A stretch of 64,000 nucleotides of DNA from a virus. Position numbers and translations under genes: made by a program. Shown piece by piece: positions 25,516-35,426 of this stretch. The stretch is taken from positions 17,517 to 81,516 of the IMG/VR virus record IMGVR_UViG_3300047472_000134; one strand, written 5' to 3'. The notes beneath the pieces are model-generated. The model saw only the letters and a program-made list of their open reading frames with translations. It had not been told where the DNA came from and ran no database searches. Numbering within the stretch: the first letter of the stretch is position 1; each line of letters opens with the position of its first letter.

Positions 25516-26946
25516 ATGACTGATGCAACTTTACGAACCGACCAGGTGGCCGATCTTGCGTTTTACATGGCAAACCCAAAGTGCCTAAATTTATCGCACG
25601 CCGGGACTGGAAAAACACCGTCAGTCTGCGTCATGCAATACTTCATGTGGACGCAGAATGGTGTTGGGACTGTATGGGCACAACCTAAATCCCTACTCAA
25701 GAAAAACAAGCGTGAACTGCTGCGTTTTACCGACTTTACTGACGCCGATGTGGCAATTGTAGACGGCACTCCGAAGCAGGTTGAGAAGGCCCTCAACTCA
25801 GGCGCGAAGGTTTTTCTAATGGGCTTCCGCCGGCTTACTCTCTGCTGGCGGCAGCTACCTAGCTATGTGAAAGCCGTCCACGTCGACGAATTTCACATGG
25901 GCTACAAGAGCGCAGACTCCCAGAACTCACTGGCGCTCTTCAAAATGTTTGACAGCGGGCGGATGACGCACTTCATCCCAATGACCGGAACACTTATCGA
26001 CGGCAAACTGACGTCAGCTTATCCGGCCATTCGCGTCGTCGAACCGCGATACTATATGTCCCATGAGAACTTTCTACTATACCATGGGATTAAAGACTTA
26101 GACGGAAAGGTGGTCGCTTGGAAGAACCACGAGAAGCTGTCCAAGATCTTCGGCCGACACGCAATCCTTCGAACCTTTGCCAGTGTCCATGGTGAACAGG
26201 AGGTCGTCCATATTCCAGAGATGGTGGATATGGAGGACAAGCAGAGGTTTTACTACGACAAATTTCACGACGACGCTGTACTGGAACTCGAGAACTTCTA
26301 CCTGGACGGGACACTGCCAGGCGTAGCGTTTACCCGAGCCCGCCAGCTCATGGAACACCCGATCGAGTTCCCAGACCTGGCCAACCCTGGCCAGTTCATC
26401 GACATCCTGAAGGGCGAACCGACTGGCAAGGAAGAGCGGCTCAAGGTTCACTTCGAAGAGCACTATCTCAACGAGAAGCCGCTCATCATCTTCACGCCTC
26501 TGATTCCGCAGCAGAACCGCGTAGCAAAGCTGCTTGAGCAAGCTGGCATCAGCTACGTGGTCATCAACGGCTCGATCACTCAGAAACAGCGTGACGCCAA
26601 CAGCGATGCCTTCGAAGAGGGCAGGGTGCAGGCGGTCCTCGGAACGCCGATGACAGCGTCGTTCGGCTACAACTGGCAATTCAGCGGGAAGAAGGAGGTG
26701 GAGCACATGATCTTCACCTCGCTCGACTTCAGCGATGCCACTTTCGTCCAGGCTCGACAGCGAGCCATTCGTGGCAAGCGGTCCTCGCCGCTGCGGCTCA
26801 CGACGCTGGAGTACATCAGCTCTCTCGACCAGCACATCTGCAGCATCATCTACCGGAAGAGCAAGGATGCCAACAAGGTCGATCCTTCTCGACCTGTTCT
26901 CCAACTGTCTGGCTTCGAAGAGAAGAAAGAAAAACTCGCTGCTTGA
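25516..26946 (+). CDS. SF2 (SNF2-like) helicase
   Basis: AGTGKT, VDEFH, MTGT, G.N.Q, QARQRAIR motifs. Confidence 0.88.
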   Translation: MTDATLRTDQVADLAFYMANPKCLNLSHAGTGKTPSVCVMQYFMWTQNGVGTVWAQPKSLLKKNKRELLRFTDFTDADVAIVDGTPKQVEKALNSGAKVFLMGFRRLTLCWRQLPSYVKAVHVDEFHMGYKSADSQNSLALFKMFDSGRMTHFIPMTGTLIDGKLTSAYPAIRVVEPRYYMSHENFLLYHGIKDLDGKVVAWKNHEKLSKIFGRHAILRTFASVHGEQEVVHIPEMVDMEDKQRFYYDKFHDDAVLELENFYLDGTLPGVAFTRARQLMEHPIEFPDLANPGQFIDILKGEPTGKEERLKVHFEEHYLNEKPLIIFTPLIPQQNRVAKLLEQAGISYVVINGSITQKQRDANSDAFEEGRVQAVLGTPMTASFGYNWQFSGKKEVEHMIFTSLDFSDATFVQARQRAIRGKRSSPLRLTTLEYISSLDQHICSIIYRKSKDANKVDPSRPVLQLSGFEEKKEKLAA

Positions 26947-26961
26947 GTATTACTTACTCTC
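26943..26961. promoter_or_regulatory. Palindromic operator site 5
   Basis: TTGAGTA-TTACT-TACTCTC. Confidence 0.78.
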
Positions 26962-27065
26962 GCACGAGAGGGCTAAAATTCCGGACTTAGACATGCCAAA
27001 TAACCATCACCCACTGCGGTGGTGTGAGTGAAACTTAGACAGAAACAGAGACAGGAACTTAAAGA

Positions 27066-27776
27066 ATGAGCAATCAGTCAATCGCAGAAGCAATGGCAGC
27101 AGCACAGGCAGCAGCAGCGAACTACACCCCGCCGGCCAACGTTCCGGCCCAGGCGTCTGGTTCGACGGCTGTTGGCGCACCGGTCGCATCCGGCGCTCCT
27201 CTCGGCCTGGATGACATGCTGGGTGGCGGCGTATCCGTCGACGGCTGGATCAAGCTGACCGCGGACGGCATCAAGGTTGGTGACAAGACCAAGCCCCTCG
27301 ACACCATCGTCGTCTACCTCGACATGGCCTCGATCGCGTACAACTTCTCGATCAAGTACAATCTGAATGGCCAGGCCATTTACCACAAGACGTACGATCG
27401 CGTGACGGACGCACAGGGTGGCCCGTGGATCTCCACGATCCAGAAGTCACAGTCTATCGACCCGAAGGCCTACGAGTACCGCTCCGCTGAGATCCCGCTC
27501 GTCGTTGCAGAAGCGATCCCGTCCAAGACGGCTGGCGAGAATGCCGCCGAACCGGGTGACAAGCTGGGCCTCGCGCTGTCCACCACGGGCTGGGCGAAGT
27601 TCCAGGACTTCATCCGCAACCTCGGTCGCCAGCAGATCGATGCCAAGATCGGCGTCGTGAAGTTCACCCTCGGCTACGAGACAAAGAAGAAGGCTGGCGT
27701 GAACGACTGGGGCGTGCCGACCTTCCTCAATATCGAGGAAGTCGACGTGATCCCGGAACTGGGAACGGTTCACTAA
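27066..27776 (+). CDS. Putative single-stranded DNA-binding protein
   Basis: Position before exonuclease/polymerase; strong codon bias; function inferred from synteny only. Confidence 0.5.
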   Translation: MSNQSIAEAMAAAQAAAANYTPPANVPAQASGSTAVGAPVASGAPLGLDDMLGGGVSVDGWIKLTADGIKVGDKTKPLDTIVVYLDMASIAYNFSIKYNLNGQAIYHKTYDRVTDAQGGPWISTIQKSQSIDPKAYEYRSAEIPLVVAEAIPSKTAGENAAEPGDKLGLALSTTGWAKFQDFIRNLGRQQIDAKIGVVKFTLGYETKKKAGVNDWGVPTFLNIEEVDVIPELGTVH

Positions 27777-27790
27777 GGACCAATCCAGAG

Positions 27791-27817
27791 AGGGCGGCGA
27801 GAGCCGCCCTTTTCTTT
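27791..27817 (+). terminator. Intrinsic terminator
   Basis: AGGGCGGC-GAGA-GCCGCCCT-TTTCTTT. Confidence 0.8.
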
Positions 27818-27831
27818 GAGGAGATTTCCCA

Positions 27832-28572
27832 ATGCTGACCATCATTGATGGCAACAACTTCTTCCGCCGGCTGATCGAATTCGACGGCAAAGACGCCCGC
27901 TCGGTCCTGAACGATTTCCTCACCCCCCGCAAAGAGACGATCGTCGTCTGGGATGGTGCCAAGGGGTCGCAGCGCCGACGAGCTGTCTACCCTCAATACA
28001 AGACGAACCGAGGGCCGCTCGACAAGGACATCAGCGTCCAGTTCAACATGATCGTCGCGATCCTCGCCTACTGCGACGTCATCCAGATCTTCCATCCGGA
28101 ATACGAGGGTGACGATGTCGTAGCCATGCTGGCCCGAGACTACGCCAGCAAGGGACGCGAGGTTTACATCGACAGCACCGACCAGGACTTCCTGCAGATC
28201 GTCGGGGAGTATCCAAAGCTGGTCACAGCACGGGCCAACCCGAAGGTCGAGCCTCGGCTCACGAAGCTCTACAAAATCTGGATCGGTGACCAGTCGGACA
28301 AGATCTCAGGCATCCCTGGCTTTGGCCAGAAGACCTGGGACGAAACCGATATCTCGGAGCTTGAGCGGATGACCCGCAAGGCGATCGAGACTGGCGAGAT
28401 TGATGACATCGGCCTGCCAGGCCGCTGCAAACCCACTGCGGAGCTGCTCCGTACCCTCGACGAAATCATCTCGTTCTACCCCGTCCCGTTGGACGAGGTC
28501 ATGCAGAACGTCGTGATCGGCAAGCCTGATTACCAGCGGGCCGACGCGTACCTGAAGGAATTCCTCCTGTGA
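27832..28572 (+). CDS. 5'-3' exonuclease / flap endonuclease
   Basis: IDGNN, YK.NR, EGDD, TDQD, GDQSD.I.GIPGFG.KT. Confidence 0.9.
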   Translation: MLTIIDGNNFFRRLIEFDGKDARSVLNDFLTPRKETIVVWDGAKGSQRRRAVYPQYKTNRGPLDKDISVQFNMIVAILAYCDVIQIFHPEYEGDDVVAMLARDYASKGREVYIDSTDQDFLQIVGEYPKLVTARANPKVEPRLTKLYKIWIGDQSDKISGIPGFGQKTWDETDISELERMTRKAIETGEIDDIGLPGRCKPTAELLRTLDEIISFYPVPLDEVMQNVVIGKPDYQRADAYLKEFLL

Positions 28573-31316
28573 GCGAACTGCCTATCAAAACCATTCTGAT
28601 CGATGCCACCAACTTCGATCAGCACGCCTTCACTGTGATGCAGGCGATCAAGAACACGTCGTTCATTGGCATCGACGTGGAAACACAAGACAGCAACCGC
28701 CACGCCGGCCTGACGGCCCTGTGTGGCTACAAGGAGGACGGCACGAAGTCGAAGACAGCCAAGCTGGTCTTCGACATGAAGCGCACGGTCATGACTGGCT
28801 TCTCGCTTTACCCCGAGGGCCATGACGCTGCCTACTACATCAACCTGAACCACGCCGACGTCGAGAACAGGCTCCCCTGGGAGCAGGCTCGCAAGCTGAT
28901 CGACGTCAAGCCAGCTGGCTCGCACTGGATCGCTCACAACGCGCCCTACGAGTTGACCAGCTACAAGAACTGCTACGATCTGACGCTCTCGGAAATCATC
29001 TGCACGATGCAGATGGCAGTCTCGGCCTTCGGCCCCGACGAATACGATCTCAGCAAGTTCATGGCAGCGGGGCAGGGTGGTATCGCCGCCCTCAAGAACC
29101 AGCTTCTGCAGGAATGCATGAAGTGGGATCCGAGCAAGAAGGGCATGCCCCCGGCGCTCGAGGAAGTCGTCGGCAAGATCATCGCCAAGGAGAGCAAGGC
29201 CGAGCATTCTTACATCGGCTTCGTCAAGAACGTCGCCTATGGCTACGGTCTGAAGGGCTTGGTGAAGAACTTCTTCGACTACCAGATGACCACCTTCGAC
29301 CAGGTGCTGAACGGCAAGGCTCACATGGGCCAGCTGACCGGCGCCGAGACGGCCTCATATGGTGCGGAGGACGCCTACTGGGCGGTTCGCCTGTTCCGCC
29401 ACCTGATGGATTACATGGCCAAGACCAACCCGGCCGTGATGGGCACGTTTTTCGATCAGGAAAACCCAATGATCCATGTGTTCTCGAACATCTGGGACGA
29501 GGGCATGAAGGTCAACACTGAAGCAGTCTTCGACCGTCGTGACAACGAGCGGGTGAACATGGCTCAGATCCTGCTTCGGCTGAAGGCCGAGGTGAAGAAG
29601 AAGCTGCCATTCAACGACGAACCACACGCCGGCCTGATGAAGGGAGAGAAGTGGTACCAGACCGGCTACAAGAAGTACCGAGCCCAGATCGAGCAGTGGG
29701 CAAACAGCGCCGACTGGGTCGAGAAGACCGAGGCTGACGAGGAGACTGGCGACTTCCCGCCACAGTCTGACGCTGCCACGTTCGCCCAGTGCCACCAGGC
29801 ACGCGGTCCTGTGTCCAACGCTTGGTCAATCGAGACGGACAAGGCTGAACCAACTGGTCCCAACCTGTCGCACTACATGCCGATCCGCGTGATCATGTAC
29901 GATCTACTCGGTGAGGAACTGATCCGGTCGCAGGGCAAGGTTCAGAGCGACGGCGAGGCCCGCGGCAAGATGCTGGATCGGCTCGAGGACGACGTCTCTA
30001 AGGCGATCATCCAGGGGCTGAACGAGATCTCAGGCGTCGAGCAGCGCATGAAGCTCTACCTCACGCCGTACACCCAGCTGATGGACCCGGAAACGGGATG
30101 CCTCTACCCGCTGGTGTCGTCGATGCTCGCCACCCGCCGCATGGGTGCCTCGGTTCCGAATCCGATGCAGCTCGCCAAGCGTGGTGCCTCGACTTACGTC
30201 CGTGGCTTCTTCGAAGCCGACCATGATGACCATGTCATCGTGTCTTGCGACTGGTCGGGCGTCGAGCTCGTCGAGATCGGTGAATTCTCAGGCGACCCGG
30301 AGTTCATCAAGGCGTTTGGCCAGATCCCGCATGAGGATCTGCATGGGGGTGCTGCTGCTGACATTCTGTCCGTAGACGTGCCTGGCCTGACGGAAAAGGC
30401 CTTCAAGGCTCTGAAGGACTTCAAGACGGCCGACGACTACCGTGACCACTTCGGGCAGGAGATGACGAACTACAATCGTCTCTTCACCAACCTGAAGGGC
30501 CAGGAGCTGAAGGTCGGTGACGCCTACAAATACTGGCGTACCGAAGTCGGGAAGGGTGCCAACTTCAACTATTGGTACTCGGGCTTCCTGGGCACGATCG
30601 GTGACCGCATGGGCTGGCACGTCGACAAGACGGGTGATGCTACGAAGCGGTACCGTGAACGCTTCTCGGTAGCCGAGCAGTGGCGCGTCAATCTGATCGA
30701 GCAGGGCAAGCGTCTCGGCTATGTCGAGTTGCCTGATCATCACCGTCGCGTCCGCTTCGAAGCCACGCCCATGTGGGCCGAATACTTCGGCTCCAAGTTC
30801 AAGCTGCCCACCGATGGCGCTGATGAGCTGGTCCACCGCTACAACGCGGTCTGGGACTATATCATCCGCAAGATCCAGGGCCGTGCGAACAACCAGCTGG
30901 TCAACGCCTTCATTCAAGGCAGCTGCGCCACGCTGGCCAAGCGGTCGATCATCAAGATCAATCGCCTTGCCCGCGAGCGTGGTTGGACCAGCCGTGAGTT
31001 CCGCTTCATGATGCCGATCCACGACGAACTTCTGTTCTCGGTCCATCGGTCCATCGTCGTCGAAGCGATCAAGCTCATTCGCGACACCATGATCGACCAT
31101 CCGGACATGTTCAAGCTCACGAAGCTCGATGCATCTCCATCGGTCGGCCTCACCTTCGAACCCTACAGCGCCAAGAAGGGCGTGCTCCTCGGACAGGTCG
31201 AACTGTTCGAGCTGCCTGAAGCTGTGGGGGTTGGCAACGTAAACGGACGCGCCACGGACGATCAGACCCGTGGTGTTGTCGACTACCTCTTCGAACAACG
31301 GAAGCTTGCAGCATGA
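28569..31316 (+). CDS. Family A DNA polymerase with 3'-5' exonuclease
   Basis: DVET, HNA.YE, YGAED; DWSGVEL, R...K..NF..Y, IQGS, IHDEL. Confidence 0.93.
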   Translation: MSELPIKTILIDATNFDQHAFTVMQAIKNTSFIGIDVETQDSNRHAGLTALCGYKEDGTKSKTAKLVFDMKRTVMTGFSLYPEGHDAAYYINLNHADVENRLPWEQARKLIDVKPAGSHWIAHNAPYELTSYKNCYDLTLSEIICTMQMAVSAFGPDEYDLSKFMAAGQGGIAALKNQLLQECMKWDPSKKGMPPALEEVVGKIIAKESKAEHSYIGFVKNVAYGYGLKGLVKNFFDYQMTTFDQVLNGKAHMGQLTGAETASYGAEDAYWAVRLFRHLMDYMAKTNPAVMGTFFDQENPMIHVFSNIWDEGMKVNTEAVFDRRDNERVNMAQILLRLKAEVKKKLPFNDEPHAGLMKGEKWYQTGYKKYRAQIEQWANSADWVEKTEADEETGDFPPQSDAATFAQCHQARGPVSNAWSIETDKAEPTGPNLSHYMPIRVIMYDLLGEELIRSQGKVQSDGEARGKMLDRLEDDVSKAIIQGLNEISGVEQRMKLYLTPYTQLMDPETGCLYPLVSSMLATRRMGASVPNPMQLAKRGASTYVRGFFEADHDDHVIVSCDWSGVELVEIGEFSGDPEFIKAFGQIPHEDLHGGAAADILSVDVPGLTEKAFKALKDFKTADDYRDHFGQEMTNYNRLFTNLKGQELKVGDAYKYWRTEVGKGANFNYWYSGFLGTIGDRMGWHVDKTGDATKRYRERFSVAEQWRVNLIEQGKRLGYVELPDHHRRVRFEATPMWAEYFGSKFKLPTDGADELVHRYNAVWDYIIRKIQGRANNQLVNAFIQGSCATLAKRSIIKINRLARERGWTSREFRFMMPIHDELLFSVHRSIVVEAIKLIRDTMIDHPDMFKLTKLDASPSVGLTFEPYSAKKGVLLGQVELFELPEAVGVGNVNGRATDDQTRGVVDYLFEQRKLAA

Positions 31317-31837
31317 CGAACTTTGCACTGATGACAGACCGAGGTCTTATTGGCCTCGCTTTCCACACTGGACCTCGCGACCGCACTGAGATCCAGACGC
31401 TCTACCTCGGCACCAGCTCCTGCCACCAGTGGCAGAAGCTCGACGACTTCAACGTCGTCTTTATCACGGCCGACAAGGCTTACGCGTTGGACTACGCCGG
31501 CCTTGAGAGCGTGATCATCTACCTGGCCGAGTATGATCTGGAGAGCCACCTGCGGCAGTATCTGATCCGGCTCCAGGGTGCGATCAAGATCAAGCCGAAG
31601 CCGGAACCCGAGGTCGCAGCGGCCAAGCCACTGCCCACTGAGATGCTTGCTCCAGCGGCTCCGGTCGAAGACCGCAAGCGGTGGTCGGCTCGGGTCCGGA
31701 CCAAGATGTGGAGCGGATACCTGGATGAGAAGGAGTACCTGATCGAAGAGGTCTCTGAGCTGCAGGACATCATCGAGAAGGGGGCGTCCTTCCCCGACAT
31801 CCGGAACATCAAGATCAAGCTGGAGTACCGCCTCTGA
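31313..31837 (+). CDS. Hypothetical protein
   Basis: ATGA overlap; phage codon usage. Confidence 0.7.
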   Translation: MTNFALMTDRGLIGLAFHTGPRDRTEIQTLYLGTSSCHQWQKLDDFNVVFITADKAYALDYAGLESVIIYLAEYDLESHLRQYLIRLQGAIKIKPKPEPEVAAAKPLPTEMLAPAAPVEDRKRWSARVRTKMWSGYLDEKEYLIEEVSELQDIIEKGASFPDIRNIKIKLEYRL

Positions 31838-32076
31838 GCACAAAGATCACGCAGGACACCCGCAAAATCTACCGGAGGGCTCTCGAGCCCTTCGGAATAT
31901 CGATCTTCGATTTCGTGTGGCGCGGCAAGCATCCCGCCCTCGTCTTCGAACTGAACGGGAAGGAGCACCGGATCGTGATGGCCGGGAGCCCGAGCGATCA
32001 TCGCGCCCGAATGAACAACATCACCTTTCTCAAACGCTACATCAGGGGCATCAATGACCAGCAAACTCTCCACTGA
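31834..32076 (+). CDS. HicA-like protein with CTG start (not in ORF track)
   Basis: GGAG-8nt-CTG overlapping the upstream stop; GKH...GSPSDHR...N motifs; 80 aa. Confidence 0.65.
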   Translation: MSTKITQDTRKIYRRALEPFGISIFDFVWRGKHPALVFELNGKEHRIVMAGSPSDHRARMNNITFLKRYIRGINDQQTLH

Positions 32077-33169
32077 AATCTACAAGCGCGACTCCAAGGG
32101 TAAGATCCGGACCTGGCAGTATGAAGTCCAAGGCGACAGCTGGCGCACGATCGCCGGCCTGCAGGATGGCAACAAGGTCGAAAGCGCCTGGACGGTCTGC
32201 GTACCGGCGAGCCAGCCCACGGCCGAGGCCCAGGCTCAGTTCGAAGCCGACGCTGAGCGGACCAAGAAGCTGAAGCGTGACTACCATCTGACGATCGAAG
32301 GCACGGCGGTCGCCAAGTATTTCGCGCCTATGCTGGCCGAGAAGTACGACCGCGAATTGGTCGGTGAAGGTGACTTCGCCCAGCCCAAGCTGGATGGCAT
32401 TCGGTGCATCGCCACGAAGGACACCCTGAAGACCCGCAAGGGTGAGCTGATCACCAGCTGCCCGCACATCCTCGAGCAGCTGCAGCCGGTCTTCGCTCGC
32501 CACCCTGACATCGTCCTCGACGGTGAACTCTACAACCACGAATTCAAGGACAACTTCAATGAGCTCGCTTCGATCATCCGTAAAAAAACTCCTGACGCAG
32601 ACCAACTTGCCAGGGCTGGTCGTGATGTCGAGTTTCATGTTTACGATCTGGTTGACCCTCGCCAACCACACGCCACCACCCTTGACCGTATCGCTGCACT
32701 GACGACGCGCCTCTACGACGCCGGCCTGTCGATCCAGATCGTACCGTCGCATGTCGTCGACGACCATGACGAGGTGCGGGCTCTGTTCCTCAAGTACGTC
32801 GCTCTTGGCTACGAGGGCCTCATGATCCGCCGCGGCACTGCTCCCTACGAGCACAAGCGGACGGACGCTCTCATGAAGTACAAGGAGTTCGTGACCGAGG
32901 AGTACGTAATCTCCGAAGTGCTCGAGGGTGTCGGGAACTGGGCCGGCTACGCGAAGGCGGTCGAGTTCATCATCCCCGGCGACGTCCGCACCGAGCAGGG
33001 TGATCGGCCGAAGGCAGGCATCAAGGGCAACCAGGCCTTCACCAGGGCTCTCCTCGCTCGCAAGGACCAGCTGGTTGGCAAGACGGTCACTGTCCAGTTC
33101 TTTGAACTGACACCGGCCGGCATCCCACGCTTCCCGATCGCGATCGACTTCGACCGCCCCGACGCCTGA
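32054..33169 (+). CDS. ATP-dependent DNA ligase
   Basis: PMLA, KLDGIR, LDGELY, YEGLMIR, LMKYK, PRFP. Confidence 0.92.
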   Translation: MTSKLSTEIYKRDSKGKIRTWQYEVQGDSWRTIAGLQDGNKVESAWTVCVPASQPTAEAQAQFEADAERTKKLKRDYHLTIEGTAVAKYFAPMLAEKYDRELVGEGDFAQPKLDGIRCIATKDTLKTRKGELITSCPHILEQLQPVFARHPDIVLDGELYNHEFKDNFNELASIIRKKTPDADQLARAGRDVEFHVYDLVDPRQPHATTLDRIAALTTRLYDAGLSIQIVPSHVVDDHDEVRALFLKYVALGYEGLMIRRGTAPYEHKRTDALMKYKEFVTEEYVISEVLEGVGNWAGYAKAVEFIIPGDVRTEQGDRPKAGIKGNQAFTRALLARKDQLVGKTVTVQFFELTPAGIPRFPIAIDFDRPDA

Positions 33170-33423
33170 TGGCTTTCGGAGCACGCCAGGAGGCAGATGG
33201 CCGTTGGGTTCTCTGCCTCCGCAAGGGCCGCACAGTGGACGGATGGTCCCACACCGATGGCTCGCGGACCACTTTCGAGTTCGCATCGCAGCGCCGAGCT
33301 AAGGCGTGCGCCGACGAACTGAACGAAACCTTCTGGGACCAATACCGAAAATACAAGCTGGGGGACGAACCCCCAGCCTTCGCCAACGACATGACTGATT
33401 GCATAAGGAAACACTGGAAATGA
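33169..33423 (+). CDS. Hypothetical protein
   Basis: Coupled on both sides. Confidence 0.65.
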   Translation: MAFGARQEADGRWVLCLRKGRTVDGWSHTDGSRTTFEFASQRRAKACADELNETFWDQYRKYKLGDEPPAFANDMTDCIRKHWK

Positions 33424-34352
33424 CAATCACTGCCAAGATCATCGCGGACTCCATTAGCACCACTGGAGTGCGGCTGACCACTCTGCAGCTCCGCTACCCT
33501 CGCTTCATCCACGCCGAGGAGCTAACGCACCGTGTGCTCTCGAGCACGACCGAGGGTGTCCTCTACGAGATCATCCACGATGGTTTGATGTACGACGAGA
33601 ACCTGAGCCGCAACGCTGGCAGCTCGCGAGCAACTCCGGTCCAGAAGCTGATCCAGGATATCATCGACGATACGGCTATGCCAATGCACTGGGGCAAGAA
33701 CCAGCCTGGGATGCAGGCTCGCGAAGAGCACGCCGCTCTGATCAACATCCACGATCGCGAAGGCGACGTTCTCGCTGAAGACCTGACCGCCAAGCAAGCA
33801 TGGATCTTCGCCCGGGACCAGGCGATCGCAGTGGCTCAGTCGTTCGACGAGGCCGGCTATCACAAGCAGATCGTGAACCGGCTGCTCGAGCCCTACGCCC
33901 ACATCAACGTCATCGTCACCGCGACTGAATGGGACAACTTCTTTACGCTCCGTGATCATCCGGACGCCCAGCCTGAGATCCAGGTTCTGGCTCAGCAGAT
34001 CAAGGCAGCGATGGCCGACTCCAAGCCGAACAAGCTCTGGGAAGGCCAGTGGCATCTGCCCTACGTGGCGGACAACGACGAGGAAGTCTGGAACTACGCG
34101 ATGGAGAACGACCTGGGCCTGGTCGACGTCGCCCGCAAGGTCTCGGTCGCCCGCTGCGCCCGTGTCAGCTACCTCGGCTTTGACGGGAAGAAGACCAAGG
34201 TTGCGGCCGACGTCTCGCTCCACGACAAGCTGGTGGTGGCTGAACCGCTCCACGCTTCGCCGGCTGAGCACCAGGCTACGCCGACGCCGGGGGAGAATGG
34301 TCGCAACTTCCGCGGCTGGACGCAGTACCGACAGGTGCTTGAAGGCTACTGA
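33420..34352 (+). CDS. thyX: Flavin-dependent thymidylate synthase-like
   Basis: PRFIHAE..THR, SRNA.SSRA, HKQ..NRLLEP, LR.HPDAQPEI, HASP.EH. Confidence 0.85.
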   Translation: MTITAKIIADSISTTGVRLTTLQLRYPRFIHAEELTHRVLSSTTEGVLYEIIHDGLMYDENLSRNAGSSRATPVQKLIQDIIDDTAMPMHWGKNQPGMQAREEHAALINIHDREGDVLAEDLTAKQAWIFARDQAIAVAQSFDEAGYHKQIVNRLLEPYAHINVIVTATEWDNFFTLRDHPDAQPEIQVLAQQIKAAMADSKPNKLWEGQWHLPYVADNDEEVWNYAMENDLGLVDVARKVSVARCARVSYLGFDGKKTKVAADVSLHDKLVVAEPLHASPAEHQATPTPGENGRNFRGWTQYRQVLEGY

Positions 34353-34374
34353 TTTTAAGACTTAGACATTGATT

Positions 34375-34414
34375 AAAGGGCGAGAGTACACATTACTCTC
34401 GCCCTTTCTTTATT
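34375..34414 (+). terminator. Terminator whose stem contains operator site 6
   Basis: AAAGGGCGAGAGTA-CACAT-TACTCTCGCCCTTT-CTTTATT. Confidence 0.8.
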
Positions 34415-34449
34415 GAGATTAGACAGCGTTCAAATCATGTAGCTAGTGC

Positions 34450-34884
34450 ATGAAAAAGAACTCTGGAAAACCATCTGAAAGCCTTTTCGAAGGCGTCTGG
34501 CTTAGGCTCGGGAAACGGGCCTATTGCTATCGCATCGCTGATGCGGCCGAAGTTCGTGGCCGCACCGGCAAGATTGGCGTCACACGCGCCACACCTTCCG
34601 ACTACATCGTCAGCTTTGACGGCGAAACAATCTACGCCGAAGTCAAGTCGACCCAGGAGAAAACCTCCTTCCCATTCTCGCTCCTGAAGAAGGGGCAAAA
34701 TGCAGCCGCCCCTCAAGTTGTGAGCGCGGGCGGCAGCTACATCGTCTTCGTGCATCACCTCATCACCGGCACTTGGTACGCACTCCCCTGGCAAGTCATC
34801 CAGGCAGTGAAGGATCTCGGCCGCGCCTCAATCCCTTGGACAGAACTGGATAATTTCAAATGGACGCACCAACCCACTTTCTAG
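34450..34884 (+). CDS. RecU-like Holliday junction resolvase (PD-(D/E)XK)
   Basis: PSDY...AEVKST...Q motifs. Confidence 0.75.
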   Translation: MKKNSGKPSESLFEGVWLRLGKRAYCYRIADAAEVRGRTGKIGVTRATPSDYIVSFDGETIYAEVKSTQEKTSFPFSLLKKGQNAAAPQVVSAGGSYIVFVHHLITGTWYALPWQVIQAVKDLGRASIPWTELDNFKWTHQPTF

Positions 34885-35426
34885 ACATCATGGTCGACAT
34901 CGAGACCACCGGAACCGTTGCAGACAGCAACAGCATGATCCAGCTCTCGGCTGTCAAATTCGACCTCGCCACCCAGTCGGTCCAACCATTCCCGGAGTTC
35001 TTCGATCGCTGCCTTCTGCAGCCAAAGAACCGCTTCTTCGAAGAAGAGTGCCGCACCAAGTTCTGGGGCAAGCGTCCTCAGATCTACAATCAGATCCAGG
35101 CTCGTGCTGAAGACCCGGCGACCGTCATGCGGGACTTCGCTCAGTGGGTTGGTTTCAACAACCCGAAGCCGGTTCGCTTCTGGTCCAAGCCGACGACTTT
35201 CGACTGGTCCTTCGTCGCCTCGTATTTCCGCCAGTACGACGTCCAGAACCCGTTCCACTACCGCTGGGCGATCGACATGAACTCGTACATCAGGGGCCTG
35301 GCTCAGGATCCGACTGTCGAGAGCAACTACATCCCGTTCCAGGGTGAGGCGCACAACGCGATCTTCGACGTCCTCAATCAGATCAACCAAGTTTTCGATG
35401 CGGTGAACAAATATGGAAATCGTTGA
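34860..35426 (+). CDS. DEDDh 3'-5' exonuclease
   Basis: MVDIET, FD, HNAIFD. Confidence 0.85.
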   Translation: MDAPTHFLDIMVDIETTGTVADSNSMIQLSAVKFDLATQSVQPFPEFFDRCLLQPKNRFFEEECRTKFWGKRPQIYNQIQARAEDPATVMRDFAQWVGFNNPKPVRFWSKPTTFDWSFVASYFRQYDVQNPFHYRWAIDMNSYIRGLAQDPTVESNYIPFQGEAHNAIFDVLNQINQVFDAVNKYGNR

